A stretch of DNA of 64,000 bases from Ignavibacteriales bacterium (lineage in GTDB: Bacteria > Bacillota > Sulfobacillia > JABLXB01): NCBI GenBank assembly GCA_050260105.1, contig JBLNBR010000021.1:46245-110244 (forward strand), in the 5' to 3' direction. A program made the position numbers and the translations under genes. Of the stretch, positions 10,298-19,141 are shown in pieces (the stretch's first letter is position 1; every line of letters begins with the position of its first letter). The notes below the pieces were generated by a model that was given only the letters and a program-made list of their open reading frames with translations, searched no databases and was not told the origin of the DNA.

Positions 10298-11344
10298 ATG
10301 AGGGGAAAAGACACCGGACCATTCATACGCGGAATGGCCACGTTGGGCGTTTTTTCGGCGGGCCTGTGGCTTCTCGCCGTCGTCCTGCAGGCGAACCTGC
10401 CCAAGTACTTCACGGGCCTCCTGACGGTGGTCTCCATCAACTCAGTGCTGGCGCTGAGCTGGAATCTCGTATCCGGTTTCACCGGGCAGTTCAGCCTCGG
10501 GCACGCCGGTTTCATGGCCATCGGGGGTTACACGTCAGCCATATTGATGGTGAGGTTGAAGTGGCCGTTCTTCGTCTCCTTCATCTGTGGCGGCGTATTC
10601 GCGGGCTTACTCGGGTTCCTGGTAGGGTTCCCTTCCCTGCGCCTCGTGGGCGACTACCTCGCCATTGTCACACTGGGATTCCAATACATCATCCTGGCCG
10701 TGCTCAATAACACGACGAACCTCACCGGAGGTGGCCTGGGCCTCGCGGGGGTGCCCTTCCGGACGTACCTCCCATCGGCGACTCTCACGGTCGTCGTGGT
10801 CCTGTGGCTGCTCGCCAACCTCGTCCGATCGAAGCAGGGGCGCTGTTTCGTCGCGGTCAAGGAGGACGAGATCGCAGCCCAGTCGGTGGGGATCAACACC
10901 ACCTATTACAAGGTACTCGCCTTCATCATCTCGTCTTTCTTCGCCGGCCTCGGTGGGTCGCTGCTCGGCCACTATACGATGTACCTGCACCCCGACATAT
11001 TCAACTACCTGAAGACCATCGAGTCCGTGTCGATGGTCATACTCGGGGGTCTCGGCAGTCTCACGGGATCCCTCGTAGGGGCCCTCTGCATTACGCTGGT
11101 CCCCGAGGTATTCCGGAACCTGGCGACGGTCCTCGCCGGGTTCGGGATGTCGCAGGCGAGCGATTTCTTGCGGAGGGGCTGGATGGTGTTCTACGCCCTG
11201 CTGTTCCTGATGATGATGCTCGCCCGCCCGAAGGGGCTGATGGGCGGCCGCGAGTTGACGTGGGCCGGCATCCGCCAGTCCTGGGGCGGGGCGTTCGCGC
11301 GTAAGGGGGGAAGACGATGGCCGTCCTCGAAGTCCGGAACCTGA
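10298..11344 (+). CDS. livM: branched-chain amino acid ABC transporter permease
   Basis: LivM family (GQFSLGHAGFMAIGGYTSAIL). The 3' end overlaps the livG start. Confidence 0.85.
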   Translation: MRGKDTGPFIRGMATLGVFSAGLWLLAVVLQANLPKYFTGLLTVVSINSVLALSWNLVSGFTGQFSLGHAGFMAIGGYTSAILMVRLKWPFFVSFICGGVFAGLLGFLVGFPSLRLVGDYLAIVTLGFQYIILAVLNNTTNLTGGGLGLAGVPFRTYLPSATLTVVVVLWLLANLVRSKQGRCFVAVKEDEIAAQSVGINTTYYKVLAFIISSFFAGLGGSLLGHYTMYLHPDIFNYLKTIESVSMVILGGLGSLTGSLVGALCITLVPEVFRNLATVLAGFGMSQASDFLRRGWMVFYALLFLMMMLARPKGLMGGRELTWAGIRQSWGGAFARKGGRRWPSSKSGT

Positions 11345-12099
11345 CCATCAAGTTCGGCGGCCTGGTCGCGGTAAACGACGTCTCGCTCGACGTGGACGAG
11401 GGGAAGATCATCGGCCTGATCGGTCCCAACGGCGCGGGCAAGACCACCATATTCAACCTGGTGACGGGGGTCTACAGGCCGACCCGCGGTGAGATCTCCT
11501 ATCGCGGTAGAAGCCTGCTGGGGCTCGCCCCGTACCAGGTGGCGACGCTCGGTGTGGTGCGGACGTTCCAGAACATCAGGCTGTTCAAGAACCTTACCGT
11601 TTACGAGAACGTTCGCACGGCGGCTCACCCCGGCGCCAACTACTCCCTTCTGGACGGGTTCCTCCACACTCCAAGGTACCACAGGCGCGAGGCCACCCTC
11701 GATGAGTGGACGACCCGGCTGCTGAAGCTCTTGAACCTCGACTCGAGGAGGGATGACATTGCCTCGAGCCTCCCATACGGCGTGCAACGGCGACTCGAAA
11801 TAGCCCGGGCGCTGGCGCTGAAACCGGACCTCCTGCTGCTGGACGAACCCGCTGCAGGGATGAATCCCCACGAGTGCAGCGACCTGATATCGTTCATACG
11901 CGAAATCCGGGAGATGTTCGATCTGACCATCTTACTGATCGAACACCACATGGACGTCATAATGAACATATCGGACCGCATGTACGTGCTCAACTTCGGT
12001 GAACTGCTGGCCCAGGGCAGGCCGCACGAGATCCAGAACGACCCGAGGGTGATCGAGGCGTATCTCGGAGAGGAGGAGCAGGATGCTGAAGGTCAATAG
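11317..12099 (+). CDS. livG: branched-chain amino acid ABC transporter ATP-binding protein
   Basis: Walker A GPNGAGKTT, ABC signature and LivG-type C-terminus. Confidence 0.85.
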   Translation: MAVLEVRNLTIKFGGLVAVNDVSLDVDEGKIIGLIGPNGAGKTTIFNLVTGVYRPTRGEISYRGRSLLGLAPYQVATLGVVRTFQNIRLFKNLTVYENVRTAAHPGANYSLLDGFLHTPRYHRREATLDEWTTRLLKLLNLDSRRDDIASSLPYGVQRRLEIARALALKPDLLLLDEPAAGMNPHECSDLISFIREIREMFDLTILLIEHHMDVIMNISDRMYVLNFGELLAQGRPHEIQNDPRVIEAYLGEEEQDAEGQ

Positions 12100-12784
12100 A
12101 CTCAATGTCTTCTACGGTGGCATTCATGCCCTCGACGAGGTTACGCTGGACGTCAGGGAAGGCGAGATCGTCACTATCATCGGGGCGAACGGCGCGGGCA
12201 AGAGTACCCTCCTCCGCACCGTCTCGGGACTGGTCAGGGCGGCATCGGGGGAGATCACGTTCCGCGGCAGGGACATCACGGCTACGCCGTCCCACGAGGT
12301 GGTCGCGCTCGGGATAGCGCACGCTCCGGAAGGCCGCCGCATCTTCGGGAACCTCACGGTGATGCACAACCTGCGTCTCGGGGCGTTCCTGCGCTCGGAC
12401 AGGGAGCGGATCGAGGAGGATCTGGAGCGGGTGTTCCGCCTCTTCCCGAGGTTGAAAGAGAGGGAGAAGCAGCTCGCGGGAACGCTGTCAGGCGGGGAGC
12501 AGCAGATGCTGTGCATGGGGAGGGCGCTGATGTCGTCGCCGAAGCTCCTTCTGCTCGACGAGCCGTCGATGGGCCTCGCGCCGGTACTGGTGCAGGAGAT
12601 CTACCGCGAGATCCGCAACATACGCGAACAGGCCACCATCCTCCTCGTCGAGCAAAACGCGTACCAGGCCTTGCGGGTTGCGGACAGGGGTTACGTACTC
12701 GAAACGGGCAGGATAGTCATGGAAGGGCCGTGTGAACAGCTCAGGAAGGACCCTGTCGTGAAGAAGGCCTACCTCGGGCATTAG
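12083..12784 (+). CDS. livF: branched-chain amino acid ABC transporter ATP-binding protein
   Basis: Walker A GANGAGKST, signature LSGGEQQML. Overlaps livG by 17 nt. Confidence 0.85.
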   Translation: MLKVNRLNVFYGGIHALDEVTLDVREGEIVTIIGANGAGKSTLLRTVSGLVRAASGEITFRGRDITATPSHEVVALGIAHAPEGRRIFGNLTVMHNLRLGAFLRSDRERIEEDLERVFRLFPRLKEREKQLAGTLSGGEQQMLCMGRALMSSPKLLLLDEPSMGLAPVLVQEIYREIRNIREQATILLVEQNAYQALRVADRGYVLETGRIVMEGPCEQLRKDPVVKKAYLGH

Positions 12785-14127
12785 CGACCTTGCGGGAATC
12801 CCTCTTTCGGGAGTTCCCCTTCCAGGGTCCAGGTGCGCGCCCTGGTGATTCTTACGTCGACCAATTCGCCGGCTCGTGGAGAGCCACCGCTGATAAGAAC
12901 GACCTTGTTCGTACGGGTCCTGCCCGTGGCGACGCGGGGGTTTTTTTCACTGGGCCCCTCGACCAGCACCTCTACCGCGTTTCCCACGAGGCGCTCGTTC
13001 AAAGAGAGGGCAATGGGATTGACCTCGCCGGTAAGCGCCGACAAGCGTCTCCTTCGTTCGTCCAGGGGCACCTGCCCCTCCATGGCCGCCGCCCGCGTCC
13101 CTCTCCTCGGGGAGTACATGAACGTATACGCCATATCGAACCTGACCCTGCGGACGAGGTCCAGCGTGTCCACGAAATCGGCCTCAGTTTCCCCGGGAAA
13201 TCCCACGATGAGGTCGGTGGTCACCGATGCCCCCGGAACCGCCTCTCGAACGCGGTCGATGAGGTCCATGTAGTACTCCCTGGTATACCCCCTATTCATG
13301 AGGCGAAGAACCCTGTTGGACCCCGCCTGCACGGGAAGGTGAAAGTGCTCGCAAACGTGTGACGATTCGGCAACCGAGCGGATGATGTCCTCACCGAAAT
13401 CACGCGGATGGGACGTCATGTACCTGATCCTCTCGACGCCGCGGACCCCGTCCACCATGGCGAGCAGCCCGGCGAAACCGGTCCCGCCCTGCACTCCCTT
13501 CCCGTACGAGTTGACGTTCTGGCCGAGCAGCATCACCTCCTTGAACCCGAGGGAAACCGCCTCCTCGACCTCGGCGACAACGGCCCGCGCGTCCCTGCTG
13601 ACCTCACGCCCCCTGACATACGGCACAACGCAGTACGAACAGAAGTTGTTGCAGCCGTACATGACCGTGACGAAAGCCGAAACGCCGGCGGCCCTCCTCG
13701 ACACGACCGGGCCTTCACACCCCCACTCCATCCGGTCGCAGGGGTGCACCTCGAAGAGTCGTCTCTTCCGCGCACGGCTTTCACGAATGAGGTCAGGCAG
13801 CTCGTGGAGGTTGAACGTGCCGAATACGACATCCACGTGGGGGTACGACCTCCTGATCCGGTCGCTCACGCCCTCCTGCTGCGCCATGCAGCCCCCGACG
13901 GCGATCACGAGCGACGGATTGTCCCGCTTGAGCCGCTTCAGATCGCCCAGCCTGCCGAGTATCCGCCGTTCGGCGGTTTCCCTCACGCAGCAGGTGTTCA
14001 CAACGATGACATCCGCCTGTTCAATATCTGTAGCGCGCGCATAGCCGGCCCCCTCCAAAAGGCCCGCTATCACCTCGGAGTCTCGCGCGTTCATCTGACA
14101 ACCGTATGTCAGGATCGAGTAGTTCAC
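12781..14127 (-). CDS. miaB: tRNA-i6A37 methylthiotransferase (radical SAM MTTase)
   Basis: MNYSILTYGCQMNARDSE N-terminus, radical SAM CNNFCSYC and TRAM domain. Its stop codon overlaps the livF stop on the opposite strand. Confidence 0.85.
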   Translation of the reverse strand: MNYSILTYGCQMNARDSEVIAGLLEGAGYARATDIEQADVIVVNTCCVRETAERRILGRLGDLKRLKRDNPSLVIAVGGCMAQQEGVSDRIRRSYPHVDVVFGTFNLHELPDLIRESRARKRRLFEVHPCDRMEWGCEGPVVSRRAAGVSAFVTVMYGCNNFCSYCVVPYVRGREVSRDARAVVAEVEEAVSLGFKEVMLLGQNVNSYGKGVQGGTGFAGLLAMVDGVRGVERIRYMTSHPRDFGEDIIRSVAESSHVCEHFHLPVQAGSNRVLRLMNRGYTREYYMDLIDRVREAVPGASVTTDLIVGFPGETEADFVDTLDLVRRVRFDMAYTFMYSPRRGTRAAAMEGQVPLDERRRRLSALTGEVNPIALSLNERLVGNAVEVLVEGPSEKNPRVATGRTRTNKVVLISGGSPRAGELVDVRITRARTWTLEGELPKEGFPQGR

Positions 14128-14130
14128 GCC

Positions 14131-14712
14131 TCAGCCTCCGCGAGAGCCGCCACCGTGCGACCCGCCGCCACCGCGGTGCATCACGCGGTAGTAGTAGTAC
14201 CCGAGGGAAGCCAGGATGGCGGCAATCAGGGGAGGGATGTCGTCAGTCACCGCCATGTCGGCGTCCATGCCCCACAGAGCGCCTCCCATGCGCCCGTTGA
14301 GCCGCCCGGACTGTATGTGGAACTCGCAGTCGAACCCGACTACGTCTCCCCCGCACCTCCCGGTGACCCTCCCGTCGGGGAGCGCCTCGAGGGTGATGTC
14401 CTGACCGTCCACTAGGCCGCCGAACCTGCCCCCGGCCGTGGCGCCGGAGAGCGCCACATCGACGTCCTTGCCGAGCACCGTTCCTCCGACTCTGCCTTTG
14501 AGTGTGCCGGCGACAGGATCGTACTCGAGGTTTATCGAGCCGCCGCCGATGGCCCCGCCTATCCTGCCCTCCAATATGCCGTCATGCAGCGTACAGCGGA
14601 TGTCGTATCCAGAAATCGCCCCACCTATTCTCCCGGTAACCTCTCCCAATCCCCATTCCTCCATCCACAACCCTGAACGACACCGCTTTCCCGTTTCTAC
14701 CCGGCCAGGCAT
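14131..14712 (-). CDS. hypothetical Gly-rich tandem-repeat protein (six ~22-aa GRxGGxxxGxDxxxxL units, C-terminal TM helix, Tyr/Gly-rich tail)
   Basis: ORF ends 4 nt upstream of the miaB start on the same strand. It carries a strikingly regular internal repeat and ends ...IPPLIAAILASLGYYYYRVMHRGGGGSHGGGSRGG. An alternative ATG is at 14664 (MEEWGLG). Confidence 0.5.
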   Translation of the reverse strand: MPGRVETGKRCRSGLWMEEWGLGEVTGRIGGAISGYDIRCTLHDGILEGRIGGAIGGGSINLEYDPVAGTLKGRVGGTVLGKDVDVALSGATAGGRFGGLVDGQDITLEALPDGRVTGRCGGDVVGFDCEFHIQSGRLNGRMGGALWGMDADMAVTDDIPPLIAAILASLGYYYYRVMHRGGGGSHGGGSRGG

Positions 14713-14772
14713 AACCCCTGCTGAGAGGTAAAGTTGCCGGATGCGAGAACTCTATGTGTGGGGGGCATGCGC

Positions 14773-15495
14773 ATGGACCGCTCGTTCAGGGCCGTGATAA
14801 GGAGGGCGGGAAAGGCCGTTGCTGATCACAGAATGATCGGCGAGGGCGATCGTATAGCCATTGGTCTTTCGGGCGGCAAGGACAGCCTTACCCTTCTCCA
14901 CTGCCTCCTGCACCTGCGGAAGGTTGCACCCATCCGCTTCGAAATCGCCGCCGTCACCATATCGCTGGGCTGGGACACCGATTTCTCACGCATCGCGCGG
15001 CACTGTGGTGAAGCCGGCGTCCCGTTCCACCTGGAGGAAACACAGATCGGCCCCATCGTACTCGAGGCCCGGCGGGAACAGAACCCGTGCTCACTCTGCG
15101 CAAACATGAAGAGGGGCGCCCTTCACGCCGCTGCGGCCAGGCTGGGCTGCAACAAGGTCGCGCTCGCCCACCACCTCGATGACGCGGTTGAGACCCTGTT
15201 GATGAACGTGCTATTCTCAGGGCGCGCCGGCACGTTTTCGCCCGTCACCTACATGTCGCGGCGCGACATCACGGTCATCCGGCCGCTTGTCTATTGCGCG
15301 GAAGGCCTCATACGGGCCGCGGCGGAATCCCTTGGTTTGCCCGTCATCAGTTCGGAGTGCCCCGTCGCGGGCGCGACGTCGAGGGAGACGGTTAAGGGGC
15401 TGCTCAGCGCGGTGAGAGCGAAAAACCCCAGAGTCGACGAGAGCATGCTCTCGGCCATGAAGGGCATCTGGGGGGCGAGGGTCAGCGGCAGGTGA
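14773..15495 (+). CDS. ttcA: tRNA 2-thiocytidine biosynthesis protein TtcA-like PP-loop ATPase
   Basis: PP-loop SGGKDS and CSLCANMKRG Cys motif typical of TtcA. RBS GGGGGG precedes ATG 14773; an alternative ATG is at 14767. Confidence 0.75.
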   Translation: MDRSFRAVIRRAGKAVADHRMIGEGDRIAIGLSGGKDSLTLLHCLLHLRKVAPIRFEIAAVTISLGWDTDFSRIARHCGEAGVPFHLEETQIGPIVLEARREQNPCSLCANMKRGALHAAAARLGCNKVALAHHLDDAVETLLMNVLFSGRAGTFSPVTYMSRRDITVIRPLVYCAEGLIRAAAESLGLPVISSECPVAGATSRETVKGLLSAVRAKNPRVDESMLSAMKGIWGARVSGR

Positions 15496-15524
15496 AACGG
15501 CACCGTAGCAGGGGCGGGCGTCCC

Positions 15525-15995
15525 TCATTCATCCCACGTCTGCCAGGGGCCCGCCACCGGCTCGAAGTGCCAGCAACCCTTTCTGAACGGCGGCCTCCAT
15601 CCGGCGGACGGCAGCTTGCCGTGTTTCTCCATTGCGGCAACAAGGTGTTCCGAGAATGCCTCCATCTGTTCCCTGCTCTTGAAATAGAGGAACATGACGC
15701 GATCGAACTCTCCCTGCGCTCCCGCGGGGAGTGGGTGGACGCTGTACTTCCCCACGAGCGAACGGTCCCGCGCGGCCTCGGACAGCACCATCGAGACCAG
15801 CCAGTCTGGATCGGGGAGCTGTCCAAGCCATAGCTCCAACTTCCAGCAATCCCTCGTTGCCGCGGGGGCACGGCCCGTGGTTGCGAATTCGGCATCACAG
15901 GAGGCGCAATCCCTCTCCTGGCCCTCGCCGTACCCGAAATGGCGCCATACCGGCCCCTCGACTATGAACGGTTTGCGCCGCGGGGACCGCTTCAC
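15525..15995 (-). CDS. hypothetical protein
   Basis: 156-aa ORF with globular-looking composition (…FDRVMFLYFKSREQMEAFSEHLVAAMEKHG…). Its start overlaps the upstream gene's stop by 4 nt (ATGA), implying translational coupling. Confidence 0.45.
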   Translation of the reverse strand: MKRSPRRKPFIVEGPVWRHFGYGEGQERDCASCDAEFATTGRAPAATRDCWKLELWLGQLPDPDWLVSMVLSEAARDRSLVGKYSVHPLPAGAQGEFDRVMFLYFKSREQMEAFSEHLVAAMEKHGKLPSAGWRPPFRKGCWHFEPVAGPWQTWDE

Positions 15996-16633
15996 ACCCC
16001 GAAGAGCCTCGACAGGAACGACTTGTTCTTGCGGGCCTTCCTCGAACTCTGCGCGGCGAGCTCGTTCCGGAGCTGCCGCACCTCCTGGTGAGTCCTCATG
16101 AGCGCCGTGAGCAGCCTGTCGCGGTCCTCGGCGCGCCTCTTCTCAGTTTGCGCGAGTTCCCTGGCGAGCCTCTGAAGGGTCATCTCGACCCTGTCCGCGG
16201 TCCTTCCGGCCTGAGCCCCCGGTGAAAAGGCCTCTCTGACCTCGTCATCGGTCGCGCCTTCGGCCCTCATCTTGAGGATCGTGGCTATGGCGGCCACCGA
16301 ATCCGCAGGTAGCGCCGCCGCTCCCGGCCCACCGGCCGCGAGCGAGTCGCCGGCTTCGCTTGCCGGGCCGGCGCCCTCCATGGCGGCGCCCTCCGGACAG
16401 CCGCCGTCGCCCTCCGGTTGCGGTGATTCGGCCCTCACGCCGGGCCGCCAGTCCTCCTCGAGTAACTCCGTCCACGGGGGGCTTCCATCATCCCGGCCGG
16501 CGCCGGACTCCTCGGCGGTAAGGCCGATGATGTCACCGAATCTTGCGAGGATCTCCCTCAGATGGGCGGGCGTTACGCCCAGGTCCTCACATACCTTCGA
16601 GAGAGTAACGTAGTCTCTCTGTTCCGAATCCAT
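15992..16633 (-). CDS. putative DNA-binding protein: N-terminal MerR/RacA-like HTH, long acidic Gly/Ala-rich linker, C-terminal coiled coil
   Basis: N-terminus YVTLSKVCEDLGVTPAHLREI resembles a MerR-type HTH. The C-terminal ~80 aa (TLQRLARELAQTEKRRAEDRDRLLTALMRTHQEVRQLRNELAAQ) are predicted coiled coil. The gene is divergent from spoIIP. Confidence 0.5.
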   Translation of the reverse strand: MDSEQRDYVTLSKVCEDLGVTPAHLREILARFGDIIGLTAEESGAGRDDGSPPWTELLEEDWRPGVRAESPQPEGDGGCPEGAAMEGAGPASEAGDSLAAGGPGAAALPADSVAAIATILKMRAEGATDDEVREAFSPGAQAGRTADRVEMTLQRLARELAQTEKRRAEDRDRLLTALMRTHQEVRQLRNELAAQSSRKARKNKSFLSRLFGV

Positions 16634-16768
16634 TTCCGGGATCCCCCTCTGGTAGCGAGTGCCAGAACCGCTGCTTCAGTCATTCTACCACGCTGTCCAG
16701 CGTTCCTGCCGCCAGGCTGACGTTTCCGCACGGTATATCCGTGATCCTGCGAACACAACCTAGTACCG

Positions 16769-17710
16769 ATGAGACAATCCCGTCGAAGACCGAATTGGTT
16801 TTTCGCCCTCGCCTCAATCGGCGCGGTTCTGCTGGCGTCCTACACCCTATCCAGGGCGGGATACCTGGGCCCGGCCGCCGAGGCGAGGGGGCGCACCCGC
16901 GCGGTGCTCGATGAACAGGGCGAGGTGCTGTTTCACACGTCCCTTCCCGTGTCGGTGGGGGATCAGTTCATAGGGCGTTCCAACCGCACGTACACCGTGC
17001 GCGAAGTCACCCCATCCACGGCGAGGGCGGTCACCGTGATGTGGGAGCACGACCTCCCCGGCGGCGAGCCCCGCCTCGTTACCCCCGCCACCACGCCCGC
17101 CGGGGTCTCGGCGATGCCACTCGGCCTGGCGAGTAGGGTCGTAGTCATCTACCATACGCACACGGACGAGTCGTACGAACCCACCGAGGGGCGACCATCG
17201 GCCCCGGCGCTGGGCGGTGTGGTGGCGGTCGGCGACGCCTTCCGGCAGGCCCTCGAGGGGATCGGGTACGCGGTCGTGCACGACAAGACGCCCCACACGC
17301 CTCACGATGCACTGGCATACGCGCGCTCGAGGCGTACCGCATACTCTAACCTGAGGTACCGCCCATACATGCTCTTCGATATTCACAGGGACAGCGGCCC
17401 GGCGGAGTCGTACGTGACGAATGTGGAGGGGAAGCCGGCCTCGCAGATAATGCTCGTGGTGGGAAGGCAGAACCCCCTGGTGACTGCGAATCTGGGGGTC
17501 GCCAGGAGGTTGAAGGCGGCCGCCGACGCGGCATATCCCGGTCTCGTGAAGGGAATCTTCCTCGCCCAGGGACACTACAACCAGGACCTGGACCCGGGTG
17601 CACTGCTCCTTGAGGTGGGGACGGATAAGGTCCCCAGGGACCTGGCTGAAAGGGCGATGGCGTTTTTCGCACAGGTTGTCGCGAGGGCTTTCGGCGCCCC
17701 CGGCGTATGA
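16769..17710 (+). CDS. spoIIP: stage II sporulation protein P
   Basis: N-terminal membrane anchor and the SpoIIP signature VVIYHTHTDESYEP. Confidence 0.85.
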   Translation: MRQSRRRPNWFFALASIGAVLLASYTLSRAGYLGPAAEARGRTRAVLDEQGEVLFHTSLPVSVGDQFIGRSNRTYTVREVTPSTARAVTVMWEHDLPGGEPRLVTPATTPAGVSAMPLGLASRVVVIYHTHTDESYEPTEGRPSAPALGGVVAVGDAFRQALEGIGYAVVHDKTPHTPHDALAYARSRRTAYSNLRYRPYMLFDIHRDSGPAESYVTNVEGKPASQIMLVVGRQNPLVTANLGVARRLKAAADAAYPGLVKGIFLAQGHYNQDLDPGALLLEVGTDKVPRDLAERAMAFFAQVVARAFGAPGV

Positions 17711-17897
17711 ATGCTATTGGACTGCGCATGACAGGGGTGATGGGCATGGCACAGGGAAAGGCGGAGAAGCGGGCCGGCGGTGCATGGAGCGGACTGCGCG
17801 CCCGGCGGGGCGTCCCCGCGCGCGCTGGATGGAAGAAGGGGCGTGGGACCCCGTTGTGGGCCGATCACTGGCTGGCCGGCGCCCTTAATGACGAGGT

Positions 17898-18215
17898 CTA
17901 CGACGACGAAGAGTGGCCCGCCGAGGATGTCACGGGCGCGGTGCCGGTCGATTGACCGCCGAGGCGCAGCAGTTGTGCTTCGAGCTCCATGATGCGGTTG
18001 CGGCTTTCGAGGATTGCGTGGGCGTAACGAGCGTTTGCCTGTTGCAGCCGGCGGTTCTCCGACCTCAGCCGCGAAAGGCAGGCCTGCCTGTCAGTGACCT
18101 CCGCATACACTATGTTCATCAGGATCCGCCGACCGAGGCGGAGTGAGCGGACCCTGTCTTCAAGACACTTGACCTGTTCAGCCAGGTCCTCTGCCGCCGG
18201 TTTTGCGTGCCTCAT
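17898..18215 (-). CDS. hypothetical small coiled-coil protein (105 aa)
   Basis: MRHAKPAAEDLAEQVKCLEDRVRSLRLGRR…RLRSENRRLQQANARYAHAILESRNRIMELEAQLL has heptad character. It is preceded by a consensus -10 box. The upstream 200+ codons of the same ORF listed by the ORF track are Arg-rich junk. Confidence 0.35.
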   Translation of the reverse strand: MRHAKPAAEDLAEQVKCLEDRVRSLRLGRRILMNIVYAEVTDRQACLSRLRSENRRLQQANARYAHAILESRNRIMELEAQLLRLGGQSTGTAPVTSSAGHSSSS

Positions 18216-18249
18216 GAGGACTTCCCCCCCCGGTGGCTCGCTCCGGGGT

Positions 18250-18290
18250 GTATTATATCGTGAGTGCTGGTCGGGTATTCCAATTACGGC
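18250..18290 (-). promoter_or_regulatory. candidate promoter for the small coiled-coil ORF
   Basis: The minus strand reads ...AATTGGAATACCCGACCAGCACTCACGATATAATAC. It has a perfect TATAAT but a weak -35 (TTGGAA with a 20-nt spacer). The leader contains the G-rich hairpin CCCCGG…CCGGGGGGG before the ATG. Confidence 0.3.
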
Positions 18291-19141
18291 TTCGCGGCCC
18301 TCAGCTCGGCCACTATCTCGTAAGCGACAGTAATCCTGCCTATCGTGGGTCCCCGGTCGTCCTCTCCGTGTGAGTCGGATCCCCCCGTTGGTATGAGACC
18401 CTCTTTCTTGCAGAGCCCGAGGTACCTCTCTGCGGTGCCGGCATCGTGATCGGGATGGTAGGCCTCGATGCCGCGGAGTCCTGCCGCGATCAGATCGGGT
18501 ATGAGGTCGTCCCGCCTGGCGGATCCGGGATGCGCGAGGACGGGCACCCCTCCCGCAAGGGCTATCTCGCCCACGGCCTCCTGGGGGCTGATCTTGTACC
18601 TTTCCACGTAGCACGGCCGGCCGATGTCCAGGTAGAGGTGGAAGGCTTCCTCGATGGAACGGACCTTCCCCGCCTCTACCATCGCTCTTGCAACGTGCGG
18701 CCTCCCGACTACCCCGCCTCCGGCTATCTCCCTGACCCGGGCGGCCGATATGGCTATGCCGCATTTCTCCAGGCGTCGAACCATCTCGTCGATGCGAACC
18801 TCTCGAGCGGATCTCATCAGTTCGAGGATTCCGGCGAGTCTCGGGGTCAACGGCCAAGCCAGGTACCCCAGGATATGCATCTCCCTGTCGCCGACATCCG
18901 TGTTGATTTCGAGTCCCGGGATCACATCGATGCCCTGTCGTTCCGCAACCGCCATGGCTTCAGCCACACCGGCGCTCGTGTCGTGGTCGGTTATGGCGAT
19001 CGCGGCAAGCCCCATCCTGGTGGCATACTCGACCACGCCACCGGGTGTGATCGTCCCGTCCGAGGCGGTAGTGTGTATGTGCAGGTCGGCCCGCGAATCC
19101 GGACTCACCCCAGTCCCAGGAACCCCCTTGCGTTGTCGCAC
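18284..19141 (-). CDS. PHP-domain metal-dependent phosphoesterase (TrpH/YciV family)
   Basis: DLHIHTTASDG…AIAITDHDT…GGSDSHG are PHP motifs. Confidence 0.8.
   Translation of the reverse strand: MRQRKGVPGTGVSPDSRADLHIHTTASDGTITPGGVVEYATRMGLAAIAITDHDTSAGVAEAMAVAERQGIDVIPGLEINTDVGDREMHILGYLAWPLTPRLAGILELMRSAREVRIDEMVRRLEKCGIAISAARVREIAGGGVVGRPHVARAMVEAGKVRSIEEAFHLYLDIGRPCYVERYKISPQEAVGEIALAGGVPVLAHPGSARRDDLIPDLIAAGLRGIEAYHPDHDAGTAERYLGLCKKEGLIPTGGSDSHGEDDRGPTIGRITVAYEIVAELRAAKP

Noticed and set aside
17707-17955. 82-aa plus-strand ORF starting at the spoIIP stop (MNAIGLRMTGVMGMAQGK…)
   Set aside because: It is Gly/Arg/Ala low complexity and overlaps the convergent coiled-coil ORF. There is no RBS or support.
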